Assembly (NCBI RefSeq): GCF_006345805.1
Contig: NC_042998.1
Span: 108,190,001 to 108,254,000 of the forward strand
Source of the DNA: Octopus sinensis
Taxonomy: Eukaryota
Reading direction: 5' to 3'
DNA length: 64,000 nucleotides
Shown here: positions 50,850 to 64,000 of the stretch, piece after piece
How positions within the stretch are numbered: the stretch's first letter is position 1
How the letters are laid out: the number at the start of each line of letters is the position of its first letter
Position numbers and translations under genes: made by a program
Notes under the pieces: generated by a model
The model's input: the letters and a program-made list of their open reading frames with translations, nothing else
Told to the model about the DNA's origin: nothing
Databases searched by the model: none

Positions 50850-51350
50850 AAGGATCAATTATTTTGGCACAACAAGCATATCGTCGCTATTACGGTGTAC
50901 GAGATTCTCCGAACGAATCAATGATTAGACATTTGAATAGTCGTTTGGAGAAACAGGTTTCGGTAAGCACCTTACGCGAATAGGCAGATCTCACTCGGTT
51001 ATGAACAAAGCCATAGTTGAGGGTATAAGGGAGAATATTATAGGGGATCCCAGCATATCAAGTCGAAAATGATTTTGGTTGGTTGGAGTTTCTTGGACGT
51101 CACTCCGGCGTATTCTTAAAACATTGAACCTGTTTCGGTGGAAAAGGAAGTTGGTGCAAAGGCTGAAGCTACCAGATTATTTCCACATATTGTAATATGA
51201 AGTCGGATTTCAAGAATTAGCAAGAGAAAATCTCGGATTTATTCACAAGCTAATAATTTCAAATGAAGCACAATTTGATTTATATGGCTCCATTCATAAA
51301 CAAATCTCCTGGATTTGGAGTTTAAAAAATCCTAGGGAAATTCACTAAAG
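50850..51350 (+). mobile_element. Decayed Tc1/mariner-superfamily transposase (HTH region to first catalytic D)
   Basis: ..IRENIIGDPSISSRK...SLRRILKTLNLF..K.KLVQRL... and LIISNEAQFDLYGSIHKQI..IWSLKNP. Confidence 0.55.
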
Positions 51351-54300
51351 AAAATTACACCTTACTTAGCATACGTTTTGGTGTGGGGAGGACAATGTAA
51401 GAAGAGACTGGACTTTACTTTTTCGAAGATCAAATTGTTACAGGAGATGAGTATCAGTCAAAGAGTCGATGAGACATGCCCTTCTCAGTGATGTAGTATA
51501 ATTTCCCAGAGATATAGTTCCATCGACAGTGTTGTAAATAGGAGCCATGATGAGTAATTTCTTAGCTTGAAATGCTGGGTTCAAACTATCCTAAGGGTTA
51601 ATGGAAGAGAAATAAATAGCACAAAACAACCTTGATTAAATGTCTAAATTGAATGTCCACTCACTGGGCAATTGTCGCATGAACATATACTACTAACGCA
51701 AATAAGAATGTTATTACCTTTAATTGAGAAATGAATGCTCTTTGAATAGAAAATAAAACTAAATTTTATACACAACCAGGAATAAGACACCTGATGATGT
51801 TCGGAGGTCAAACTGATCGAAAAGTAGAGTAAATATAGATATTGTAAATATACACTCTAAAGTGGGGTTAATTGTCTGGAAAATGATCGTCTTGTTACTA
51901 CATATAGTAATATTATATTAGGTACAAAAACCAGTGCCAAGACGATTCTTTTCGGAGTAAAGCTATCAATCAATAAATAAATCAATCAAATATTTTAATT
52001 ACAAACAGTTGCAATCCTCATCAATTACAGTAAGAAAATCAATAAATTACTTTGAATAGTGTTCAAATTTCTTGTTCCCTGTCCTATTCCCTCACCCTTC
52101 TTCCTCTTCTTCCTCTTTATCCTCCACTTCCTTATCAGAATCAGTATCACTAGCGGCAGCACTACCGTAAATTATGAAAAGAACAAAACAAAAGCAAAAA
52201 CAGAAACAAAACAAAACAAAACACAAAATAAAAAAAAACAAAAAAACAAAAAAGAAAAATACAAAAAACGAGGAAGTGCTTTGCAGCAATGTATGAGAAT
52301 ATCGTTTTGTTTTTCCCTCAAAGTCCAAGTAGTTGGAATGATTAATCAGATAAAATTTCTAATCATCACTAGTTCTTCAAGGACTGTTCGGCCAAGTCTT
52401 TGCCACACTTAATTTTACACGCTCCACCCATTCCTTAGTATTTTTTATCTGAAATGATTGCATCCAAAAAAAGTGATCGTGCAGTTGTTTTGGATCTAGC
52501 GTCATAATAATATAATCTTTCCCGAAAGAACTTCAAAGACATAACAATTTCAAACTTCAACGTATATACTTCGCATCATACTAGTCATGTACTGGAGTTG
52601 ATTCAATCCATTATACACTTGCCCAACAGTTTTGTGGGCATGTATTAATATAACAAATCAATATTGTATTGTAATTCTGGAAATAATTATGTAACAGTGA
52701 TTAGCAGGATCCTCACAGAATCTATTACCATTTTCAAGCAGTAGGCGTGCCACTTGATTCTTCGCTAAATACAGCACAACTAAATTTTCTATCCTTATTT
52801 TCTAAGTGTTCTGCGACACACGCCCACTTTGACAGACTAGTTCTATTCTGTATTAGACCTTTCACACTGTTTTAAACTGGTAGAAATCGTATGACTTCCT
52901 TTCCCACCGATCAGAGGTCACTGAATAACTTCTGTTATTACATCTCTAAATACTCAATTTTTTAAAACCAATGCTTCAAAATAAGATACTCTACAAAACA
53001 GCTCGGCATATCAAGACTTAAAAATACCAATCTTTCGGGAGAAATTTGTACAAACTAACCACTCGAACTTCACAAAATACATTTTATTTCCTTTAGAATA
53101 ATGTTTTTTTTATATATATTGTAATATCTTCTATAAATAGAATTCCTTAGCAATTTGTACTCTTCTACAGATAACATTGTACATTGTTCTTTGTCAAGAG
53201 AGCATTGCATTCATCCCTGTTCTGATACGTTACAGTGGTACATTAAAACAAGAAAAACTAAAATGAAAATATTTCCAGTTAACGGTTAAATATATTAATT
53301 CTAGTTACAATACTTGACCGTATCCACGGTTTTAAGCTGATAACAAAGTATTGAATTTATCGTATGTCTCTAGAGTTATAACTGATACATATCAAATTAA
53401 ATTATAATCCATCCACCTCGGAATTTTGCATGAGTATTTGTTCTATTATTTCAGATTTTGAAATAACTACTCTTGTGAATACTTAACCAAAGTTTCTCAA
53501 ATACATTTAACGCATATTTTTCTCCCTTTGAGTATTGGGTTGGATTGCTTACTGCTAATGATGAATGTAGAAGAACCACAACTAAAGGTATGCATACGAG
53601 CCAAAGAATGAGTCTCTAAGTGGTGGCCTGACCTACTAGATGTAACAGTCACATCTCGCCATTGCGTAGCTTAGAACATCTTTCTTTTATAGTTCTGTTC
53701 AATCAAGATTGAACTGAGGCTGAACAATAGCATCAGCAGCAACTTCTACATATCGGAATGCCAGTGTTGTCCTTAAGTAGGCGGAGACATGCTATGTAAG
53801 TTACAAGAGAAATGTAACGACTCAGGACAGCTCCTAATCATACAGAACTATGGTAACGAGATAGTGCAATACTAGGTGCATCCACAACCTCCCTGTTCCA
53901 GATATGCAGTTACTTCTACCTATTTGAGGGCAGCACCTCAAATTGTTCATGCAGTCCCTACCAGGTGCTACCTTTTGTACAGAGGCAGGGATTTACCGAA
54001 TTAACCGAAATACTTTTCTGCGCTTCATTTACTGCTGATGGGATAAAGGGTCACTCATCAAAATTCCTTAGAAATCTTCTAATGTAGACGAGGATAATCA
54101 AAGGACCTTTCGCATTGGTCCAAGTCATTGCTCGGGTGATTGTTTACGTGGCTGCTTGTCTTGCAAGCAGTAACAATAAAATACCCTTTCAAAATACACA
54201 GTGCCTCCATGAAAAGAAAGGATAGATTAGATATTAAAGTCTTAAATATTCAATGCTGAAGAGAAGAACTGGCAATCATGACTCGAAAGCCTTTTGATCT

Positions 54301-55027
54301 TGTATCTACTCAGTAAGGGTTGACCTGGGGCTAAACAATAACAGTATACAATGGTTTATCGCATGAAGTGTAGTATAGTTGTCTGAACGTGTTGTAATTT
54401 CTCCACTGTCCAGTCAATTCTATATCCTATACATCATGTCTCTACTAGTTATTGATTGTTATAATTCTAAACATTTTCTCTCTCCTCTGTCCATAAGCCT
54501 TGTACAAGTGCAACTATTTTCTATTTTCGTATAATTTTTTGGAAAGAATTCAAAACACGTGTTGAAGCGACTTATTAAATTCTGTTTCCAGTTTATAAGC
54601 CGTTGATAGGACGATGTGTTATTATGCCTCTTTACACGTCCCACGCACACTTGATACAGAAGCCACGTCTTTCATAATCTTGTATAGCATGTCATATAGA
54701 GGATTTATAGTTGTCGATGTTGTTGTTTAGCCACAGGTCAGCTCTGAGAAAGCAGACTTATGATTAAAGGTGATTCAGCCGCCGTGTCATTTTCTTTTTT
54801 TTCTCTTTATTTTCTTTTTCTTTTGGAGTGTATCTAAGACTACGTTATCCTAAATGCTCTTACTTTGTGTAAAACGCTGGAGCGGAGTTAGAGAAAGATG
54901 TGGTTGCTATTTCTAGCTGATTAGCAGACGACGTCGAGGCTCCTTTGCCGGGTCGATATGCACATGTTCGATATGTGTGAGTGTGTGTGCGCACGCGCGT
55001 AAGACTCTGTCTGTCTGTCTATCTCTC

Positions 55028-55085
<58 letters not shown>

Positions 55086-55168
55086 ATATACATGAATGAG
55101 AAAAGGAAGAAAATGGAGAAATTGACATGCAGACATCTGTCTGTCTGTCTATCTCTCTCTCTCTGTAT

Positions 55169-55218
<50 letters not shown>

Positions 55219-55437
55219 GTTATATTTTAGCTGTCACCTTTAGGACTGTCCAGTATAGCTAATTAATTATAATTAGTTTACAATTACAGTTTAGTATGAA
55301 AAAAGAAAAAACAAACAAGCACTGTTAATGAGTCTGTAATCTGTTTAATTGATGATTTAACATAAGATGTTGGTTGGCAGAGGTATGGGGGTTCGAATCC
55401 TCCCAGAATGACTGTTGCCTTTCCGTGACCTAACTAA

Positions 55438-55481
<44 letters not shown>

Positions 55482-55614
55482 AAGAAAGATAGAGAGATAA
55501 AGAGAGAAAAAGAGGGAGAGAGAGCATTAATGAATCTGCATTATAGACCGAGATTTTCTCTTTATTTTACACCTCACATCCATAAATTCATCTAATACCA
55601 TAAAGTGATGGATA

Positions 55615-55654
<40 letters not shown>

Positions 55655-55949
55655 GTGACGCAGTTGCTATACATACTGCTGATAACTATGATAAAGATAT
55701 CGATGTTGCTGAAGGGGAGGTTAGTAGTATTGATAACGGTGGTAGTGGTGGTGGTGATGGTGGTGGTAATGGATGTGGTAGTGAGGTGGTAGCTGTCGTG
55801 GCGACAGTAGTGATGGTGATGATAGTGGTTTTGTTGGTGGTGTACCTACATATAGAAAGTATATAACATACATACACTTTAACAAACATACCTGTACTCA
55901 TAATACACACACACATATATATATATGTGTGTTTTATAGATATGTGTGT

Positions 55950-56022
<73 letters not shown>

Positions 56023-56450
56023 ATATACATACGTACATGCTCATTTATATATACACGCAATTCTACTGTCCACTCAAGTGGATGGACAAAAACGCTCACA
56101 TACATACACACGCTCATACATACACATAGACACTCAAGCATACATAGTGCTACACATGCATATATTACACCCTTTCAAACATACACACACACACACACAC
56201 ACTCAGCTCCACCGAATCAATACATCAATATTATATAAATAGCTTTGGACATATAAAACACGCATAATACGTAGAGTAATTGCATACACAACTCATTGTC
56301 TTCATTACAGATTTACCCATACACCCAACCACACACACGCACACACACACACATACACACCCCACTCGCACACATACACACACACATTCATAGACGTAGA
56401 ACAAACAGAGCTAAACAAGAAATCCTAAAACAAAGCACATATATGCATGA

Positions 56451-56485
<35 letters not shown>

Positions 56486-56939
56486 CATATATATCTATCT
56501 ATACGTCTTGTATCTGTGTGGGTAGTAACCAAAGGTGCAAACCAGTTTAGTATATATACATACATTGCATTGAACATAGTTTTACGTCTATATTGAGTAA
56601 ATTTGTTTCTGTATAGTAAGACAAGCGAAAACAATGTATACACAAATAGACACGCTTTAACACATATGTACAGACACTTATATGCAAAGAGATGTAATTA
56701 TGCATATGCGAATACACGTACACACACACACACGCGCGCACAATATATATATATATATATATATATAAATACACACACACATAGACATACACATACACAT
56801 ATGCACACACATATTCACACATACGCACATATATATACACATACATACACACACATACACGCATATATACACATACAGACACACACATACACACATGTAT
56901 ACACACACAGACACATAGACACAAACATATATATACGTA

Positions 56940-56979
<40 letters not shown>

Positions 56980-56989
56980 CATGTGTGTT

Positions 56990-57041
<52 letters not shown>

Positions 57042-57369
57042 GGTGGAGAAGTGGGGGGAAAGCAATGTGAAAAAGTTGTATGTTCGGAACATAGCTAGAT
57101 ATAGATAGATATGGCTTGCCAATTGGCAAAGTATTTATAGAAAATGCCAATAAGAAAGTCTTCATTACCACCATCCTACTCAACGATTATTAAGAGTCCA
57201 ATACTATTAGCAATATTAGTTCTACGCTACTAGTACTGCCAGTTCTATAGTACCTGTAACTCCAGTTCCATAATATTTCCATAAACACGTCTCGAACTTC
57301 ACTACTACTTTCACTAGCGCCATCATTATCATCATTAGCTGAACCACTACCACCTCTACCATAATCCTC

Positions 57370-57391
57370 ATCGTCATGCTGATGGTGATTG

Positions 57392-57440
<49 letters not shown>

Positions 57441-57460
57441 AGTGGTGATGATGATGATGA
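57370..57460 (+). repeat. (ATG)n microsatellite
   Basis: Direct reading of the sequence. Confidence 0.95.
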
Positions 57461-57494
57461 TTGTTGTGGCGGTGTTCATGTTGTGGCGGTGTTC

Positions 57495-57729
57495 AAGGCG
57501 GCGAGCTGGCAGAATCGTTAGCACGTCGGGCGAAATGCTCATCAGTATTTCATCTGTCGCTACGTTCTGAGTTCAAATTCAGCCGAGGTCGACTTTGTCT
57601 TTCATCCTTTCGGGGTCGATTAAATAAGTACCAGTTACGCACTGGGGTCGATATGATCGACTTAATCCGTTTGTCCGTCCTTGTTTGTCCTCTCTTTGTT
57701 TAGCCCCTTGTGGGTAGTAAAGAAATAGG
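57495..57729 (+). mobile_element. SINE family A monomer, well preserved
   Basis: A-box-like ggcgagctggcagaatcgttagc, B-box-like gttcaaattc, central domain, tail ...gtagtaaagaaatagg. Possible 8-bp TSD ggtgttca. Confidence 0.92.
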
Positions 57730-58285
57730 TGTTCATGGTTGTGATGATGGACGACAACGACAAGAATAATGATGGTAATGATGATGTTGGTGACAATGAT
57801 TATGATGATGATGATGACAAGAGTTATAGTGCGATGTTAATAGTATTGTTTATCCCTGGGACTGCTCTAATTGACTAGATGCGTGATCAAAAGCGTTCCA
57901 ACCATAGCCCATGGCTGTCTATTTTTGAGACAGTGTTTTTAGAACTAGTGTTCAATACGTCCTTATTTCAAAATGGATGGTAGAATTTAACTTGAGAGAG
58001 ATTTGGCTGCTATTATTAGCATGTCGAATGACCACTCTTTTAAAGGCTCTTGACGTGCAGTGTGGTTGTAGGGACATGCTATATTTATCTCACGGTCTAG
58101 TCCAGTTTCTAATTTGTTTACTTAAGTTTTAGCATAAAAAGTAAAGAATGATGCGTTTAACCCTTCACTATAAATGGACTGTCCTCTGAACTATATTCAC
58201 AAATATATGTGTACATGTTCTAGAATAACCAAAAGGAGGTGGTTGTAGGTTGCATTACATTATGTATGCATTATGTTACGTTTTT

Positions 58286-58673
58286 AGGCAGCGAGCTGAC
58301 AGAAACGTTATCACGCCGGGCGAAATGCTTTGTGGTATTTCGTCCGCCGCTACGTTCAAATTCCGCCGAGGTCGACTTTGCCTTTCATCCTTTCGGGGTC
58401 GATAAATTAAGTACCAGTTACGCACTGGGGGTCAATGTAATCGACTTAATCCGTTTGTCTGTCCTTGTTTGTCCTCTCTGTGTTTAGCCCCTTGTGGGTA
58501 GTAAAGAAATAGGTATTTTGTCTGTCTACGTTCTGGGTTCAAATTCCACCGAGGTCAACTTTGCTTTTCATCCTTTCGGGGTCGATAAATTAAATACCAG
58601 TTACGTACTGGAGTCGATCTAATCGACGGGCCCCTCTCCCAAAATTTCGGGCCATGTACCTAGAGTAGAAAAG
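58286..58673 (+). mobile_element. SINE family A dimer with one 16-bp TSD
   Basis: attatgttacgttttt occurs at 58270-58285 and 58674-58689. Confidence 0.92.
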
Positions 58674-59219
58674 ATTATGTTACGTTTTTCTTGAGGTGGC
58701 AACATTTACTCGAGGATCTTACGATTTTAGAAGCCCATTCGTGATCTATATTTGCTATGATTTACTGTCAATATGTAACTGCTATAGGGCCTAGTGCAAT
58801 GGTTTACCAGGGGATCTATAAGTCTGCTAAGACGGCCCAGGATAACTATATACCTCTGTATACTTGTACATTGCTCTGTTTGTAAATGAGTATATGACTA
58901 GTTGGGTACCTCTGCACATTTGTTTACCTTTCAATATACATCATGCTTACGGATGTGTATTACGTGTATACTTATACATACACGTACAGGTATTAACGAC
59001 AATAACTGGATCCCCATCGGTTTCGATGATGAATATTCTGTTACTCGATCAACTGAACTACCTCTTTATTGAGCATTCCACAGAGACGTCTTAATGACTT
59101 AGTACTCCACTGACCCGCGTATCCTCAACTAACGAGAATGTGCCGAGAAGTTTCTGGCTTTAAGAGTATCGCAAAAAGAGTATCATGTTGGGGGCCTAAT
59201 CTTCTGAGTTCATTTACAG

Positions 59220-59357
59220 GGCTTAAAAAAACAAATTGAAGGACTGCTGCAATAAGCGTGTGAATCTGAGAGGGTAATATGTTGAATAGAATCGTAATTA
59301 ACTGATCTTCCTGTATTTTCTTTTACCCAAGCCAGGTACTTTTCGGTACCCCCACGT
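59220..59357 (+). mobile_element. Mariner 3' end remnant
   Basis: aagcgtgtgaatctgagagggtaatatgttgaatag and the TIR-like ggtacttttcggtacccccacgta. Confidence 0.45.
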
Positions 59358-60030
59358 AATTCCCAAGAAGAATCAGCGCGACAGAGTGTGCAACAAAGCT
59401 GGATTTTTGAATTAGGGGAATAATCCATGAAACGAGCTTCCACACAATTTCCGTCTACTCAATTTCATTCAAAAAGTTAGTTCAATCTGGGGATACTATA
59501 AATAGCACTTGTTCAAGATGTTACGCAATGAGTGCAGAATTGCAACGACCAGCTATTTATAGTATGAGTCACTCCCCATATTGCACTTACTCTGTTTATG
59601 AATTACGGATGAGCGGAAGGTAAATCTTTCCCTAGAAATTTTTTAGTAACTACAACTAAAATGCATACCACTATTCTATTGTCGTCAATGATACTAATAA
59701 TACTTTATTATAGCGGCACGTGGCTCCACATTAACCAACGACATATATACCAATATATTACTGATACTTATTTTATCAGGTTCGGAAGCTATATCGATAC
59801 GCCAGCGGAATTTGAACTAAAGACGTAAAGGGACGTAGTTAAATACTGTCATATTGTTCGCTGCTCTCATCCAGCCTCTCGTAGAATTAAAATTCATATC
59901 CTTTAGGAAGTGACGGATGGCAGAATCGATAGAGTGACACGGACTAAAAATCCTTCATTTTCCCTTTTCAATTACCTCTTTTAATGAGGTTTGTTAGTTT
60001 TTATTTTAGAGAGGGTATGTGAATGAGTGA

Positions 60031-60069
<39 letters not shown>

Positions 60070-60695
60070 CGTGAATGAATGTTCGTGCATGTGTATACGA
60101 GTGAATATGTGTGTGTGAGTGAATGTGTACGCGTTAGTGTTATGTTGGCATTGATAGTATAATGTGACAACAGAGTAATTGCAACCGGTGTGTCACTTTA
60201 CTTATGATTAAGTGAAGACTTTGGCTCTTCTAAACCATACTAACACATTGCATGTTAGCATAAAGCAGCAGTCGATTAAATTTCCCCAGTACTTTGTTAT
60301 AACGACTTCTGAATGATGGGAAACAAAGTTGCCAATTTGAACTCAGTATGTAAAGAGCCAGAACAAATACTATACTCTCTGACAAGGAAAAATAATCCAT
60401 AATGCTAGATTCTTCATTTCCTACTTCAACTGAACTTATCGAACTCTTTGGATTAAATCTCCTTTCCAATCCTCCATGTTGAATGTAAAATAGACGATTG
60501 TACAAAAGTATCGAAACCTGTATGTCAGTTCCCAAGGAGAAATCGACAGGCCTTGACTTAGCAGTTTCGAAACTTTTGTGCAATCATCGGACACTTTGCA
60601 TTTAAAAAATGTATGTGTATGTGTGTGTGTTTGTGCGCGCGCGCATGTGTATGTGAGTATATATACATATACGTAATACATACGTATATATATAT

Positions 60696-60756
<61 letters not shown>

Positions 60757-61213
60757 ATATATAACTAACTTGCTGATGTATGAGTAGTGACTAATTGATC
60801 TATGTATAAAATGGACCTGATGCAGAGAAGAATATGAATGTAAGGTTAACTTTAACAAAGGTCATATATAGAAATCTTGAAATCTCATAAACATGTCAAA
60901 TATGTGATGCCACGCAGAGCACAACTTTCTCTAAGTAAACATCTACAATCATTCTCCAAAATGTATGTATGCAATCTCATTATTCTCATACTATAACTTA
61001 ACAGTATTATTAACGTGTGTAACTAAGTACATTTATATTATACAACTTCTGCAATAGAATGACCCCAAGATTATACAAATCAAAATTATAAGTTAAATAG
61101 GAAATATATAAAAATCAGGATAAATAACGGAAATGGAATCTATGTGCGAATATTCATCTCTGTATGTAAATTGTATACGTGTATGTATGTATGTATGTAT
61201 GTATGTATGTATG

Positions 61214-61246
<33 letters not shown>

Positions 61247-61504
61247 GTGTGTGTATATATATATGTGTGTGTGTATATATATGTGCGTGTGTGTGTATGT
61301 GTATGCGTGTGTGTTAAGTATGCGCGTATGCATGTGTGTGTGCTTTCTCTGAGATTTAGAGACATTCAAACAAGAAAGAAAGACAGAAAAGAAAGAACCA
61401 ATGAAAGAAACAAAGATAGAGAAAGAAAATAACGAACGTACATAGCGAAATATTTTCCTTCTTGCATCAAACAGATAACAAATAGACATCTAGGTAGGTA
61501 GGTG

Positions 61505-61508
61505 GATG

Positions 61509-61585
<77 letters not shown>

Positions 61586-61628
61586 AAAATAAATAATAAC
61601 AATAACAACAATAATAATAATAATGATG

Positions 61629-61682
<54 letters not shown>

Positions 61683-61700
61683 GTAATAATAATAATAATA
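61505..61700 (+). repeat. (GA)n + (AAT)n array; the AAT part is the tail of the adjacent minus-strand SINE
   Basis: Direct reading of the sequence. Confidence 0.93.
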
Positions 61701-61890
61701 GTGGTTCCAAATTTTGCCACAAGGGCAGCCATTCTGGGGGAGGGGATAGTCGATTACATCAACCCCAGTCTTTAGCTGGTACTTAATTTATCAACCTAAA
61801 GAGGATGGAATTTTAATTCAGAACGTAGCGGCAGACGAAATACCGCTAAGCATTTCGCCGGGTGTGCTAACGATCCTGCCAGCTCGCGAT
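61701..61890 (-). mobile_element. SINE family A
   Basis: ggttccaaattttgccacaaggg...gtcgattacatc...cgctaagcatttcgcc..ctgccagctcg. Confidence 0.82.
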
Positions 61891-62429
61891 GATAATAAAT
61901 ACCCTGATGCAGTACCAGGCAGTGGATCTCATGGTTTATGATCTTAACTGATTTGAAGTGTTATCATGTACATGTTTTGACTTCGTGTAAAAGAAGGGCT
62001 ACAACAAATATTCTGCTCATCACAAATTTGCTTGTCAGTTGCTTGACCATAACCAGCTGAGCATGTCCCTTAGTGGCTGACATTAAGTACCTCTCTAATC
62101 ATGAGCAGAAGTAGTGGGAGAGCATCATAGCCATGTGTTGAGAGGAATTCTTTGCGGTTTGAATAATTTACCTCTGGAAACATGGGTGTTTCGTTCAACA
62201 TCCTTAAACAACCCTTATTCAGGGATCTTTTGATCGGGGTGGGTTACTCGACCTGGAGAAAATTCTAACTGGGCTCCACCTGCAAGGTGATGTGCTGTTT
62301 ATCTTGATATGAGATTACCATGTCGCTCACATATGGTTGTGATGCATGTGCCTGGCGTACCCTTATCAGACGGGTAGTCATGATGAGTATACGGGGCTTC
62401 GTATATTTTACCCCAATCCAAATTCTTAC

Positions 62430-62775
62430 AAGGTGGCATGGCCAAGTGGAACACACTTTCTCTAAACCATAGTAATGGAATGAGCCAATCCAACAACCAC
62501 AACATCAAACGTGGCATTTTTCAAGGTAGCTCCCTCTCCCCGTTACTCTTTTGCATGGCACTGATCTCACTCTCAAACGAACTGAATAACACCAAGTGTA
62601 GGTACAAAATTTATGACACTATAATAATTTATAACACTATAATAAACTATCTGTTTTATATGGACGATCTGAAGCCGTTTGCTAGAAATGACCGAGAGTT
62701 AGTAGGGCTGCTAATAATAGCTAAAGAGTTTAGCAATGACATCGGGGTGGATTTTGGCCTCGATAAGGGATGTAG
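62430..62775 (+). mobile_element. R4/Dong-like RT fragment
   Basis: IKRGIFQGSSLSPLLFCMAL...YLFYMDDLK.FARND....DIGVDFGLDK is homologous to 810-1070. Confidence 0.85.
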
Positions 62776-62844
62776 GAAGAAATCAAGAGGAACTGCCGAG
62801 CTGCTATATATATATATATATATATATATATAGCCAGCATAATA

Positions 62845-63330
62845 AATGTGCTAGGAGTAAGGAGGAAGAATTTAGCTGTTGTATGGATAGAGTATATGAA
62901 GGCCTAGGACTGTGTCCCGCACAGCTGGCTCTTCGAATGTCTGAGGACACTCGGAATCAATGAGATGGTAAGAAACTTTTTGGAGAAAGCAATGAGAGAA
63001 TAGAAAATGGAACTGATGTGCAAATGAATCGATAGGAAACATGCAAATATGCCGGGGCATTTTCCATGGAGACTCGCTTTCTTCGTCACTCTTTGCTATT
63101 GCGCTAATCCCTCTGACAAATATACTAAGAAAATCCAGGCCAGCCTATGCGTTTACCAAAACCAAGATGAATCACTAACTTTATATGGACGACATTAAGA
63201 TAAATACAGAAAAATACAAAAAAAAAAAAAAAAAAGGCAGACCTGGATTCTCTAATGTAAACAATAAGAATATTTAGTAAAGATACTGAAATGCAGTTTG
63301 CGGTAGATAAATACGCAGTACCATGTGCAG
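62845..63330 (+). mobile_element. Second, different decayed R4/Dong-like RT fragment
   Basis: Manual translation: RRKNLAVVWIEYMKA*DCVPHSWL..., RGIFHGDSLSSSLFAIALIPL...LYMDDIK..., IFSKDTEMQFAVDK. Confidence 0.8.
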
Positions 63331-63358
63331 AGACCGAGATGTATATTCTCATGGTATA

Positions 63359-64000
63359 CGAGGGGCGTTCAATAAGTAATGCCCCTGACCCACTTCCCAT
63401 AGCAGTAGAGCAACGAAACTTGGCACAGTTATTAGTCTTTTTCTACATACGAACCACCCAGAGTTACGCATTTCTCCCATCGTTTGATGCAGCTCTGAAG
63501 ACCGTTTTTGTAGAAGACCCCAGCTTGGTCCTCCAACCACGACGTGACTTCAGAAATCAAGGCTGCATCATCTGGGAAACGCTTTCCTTTCAAAAACAAC
63601 TTCATGGCTGGGAAGAGGTGAAAATCAGAGGGTGCAGGTCAGGAGAGTAGGGAGAATGGGGGATGAGTTCATAGCCGCACGCCTGTGCTTCTGATCTGGC
63701 GACACGCGAGTTGTGGATCGGAGCGTTGTCCTGCAGGAGGAGGATGCCTTTGCTGATCTTGCCCCACCTCTTGATTTTGATAGCTTCTCTTAATTTCCTC
63801 AAAAGTGAAGCATAATAGACTCCTGTAATTGTGGTACCCTTTGCCAAGAAATCTGTCATCACTACTCCGTCCTGGTCCCAGAAGACTGTGAGCATGACCT
63901 TGCCAGCGGAGGGCTGCACCCTTGCCTTCTTTGGAGGAGGTGAGTCACGGTGCTTCCACTGCATTGACTGGGCTTTGGTCTCTGGATCATAGTGATGGAC
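63359..64000 (-). mobile_element. Mariner copy 2, running off the window end
   Basis: TA followed by the same TIR as at 12405; near-identical to 12405-12980, with QDNAPIH and HSPYSPD. Confidence 0.93.

Noticed and set aside
55360-55410. ggttcgaatcc B-box suggesting a tRNA gene
   Set aside because: No A-box or cloverleaf; at most a SINE relic. All other tRNA-like segments are SINE heads.

Overview
AT-rich, repeat-saturated eukaryotic DNA. The SINE families and the microsatellite style (TA, CA, TATG, TAA, TATC) look like an octopus (coleoid cephalopod) intron or intergenic region; this is recognition from memory, not a search. No host protein-coding gene could be identified, and most ORF-track entries are translated microsatellites. 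The recognisable content is mobile DNA. It includes a 5'-truncated R4/Dong-type RLE retrotransposon sitting in (TAA)n, fragments of at least three other RLE lineages, and Penelope-like elements (GIY-YIG, RT and pLTR-like repeats with hammerhead-ribozyme-like motifs). It also includes RTE LINE ends plus a non-autonomous RTE derivative with a TSD, two copies of one mariner, other Tc1/mariner, Chapaev-like and piggyBac-like remnants, non-autonomous Helitrons, and many tRNA-derived SINEs. The most notable observations are a family-wide hammerhead core variant (CUGUYGA), a possible (CATA)n-targeting RLE family, a SINE dimer mobilised as one unit, a bipartite RTE parasite, and a mariner frameshift shared by both copies.
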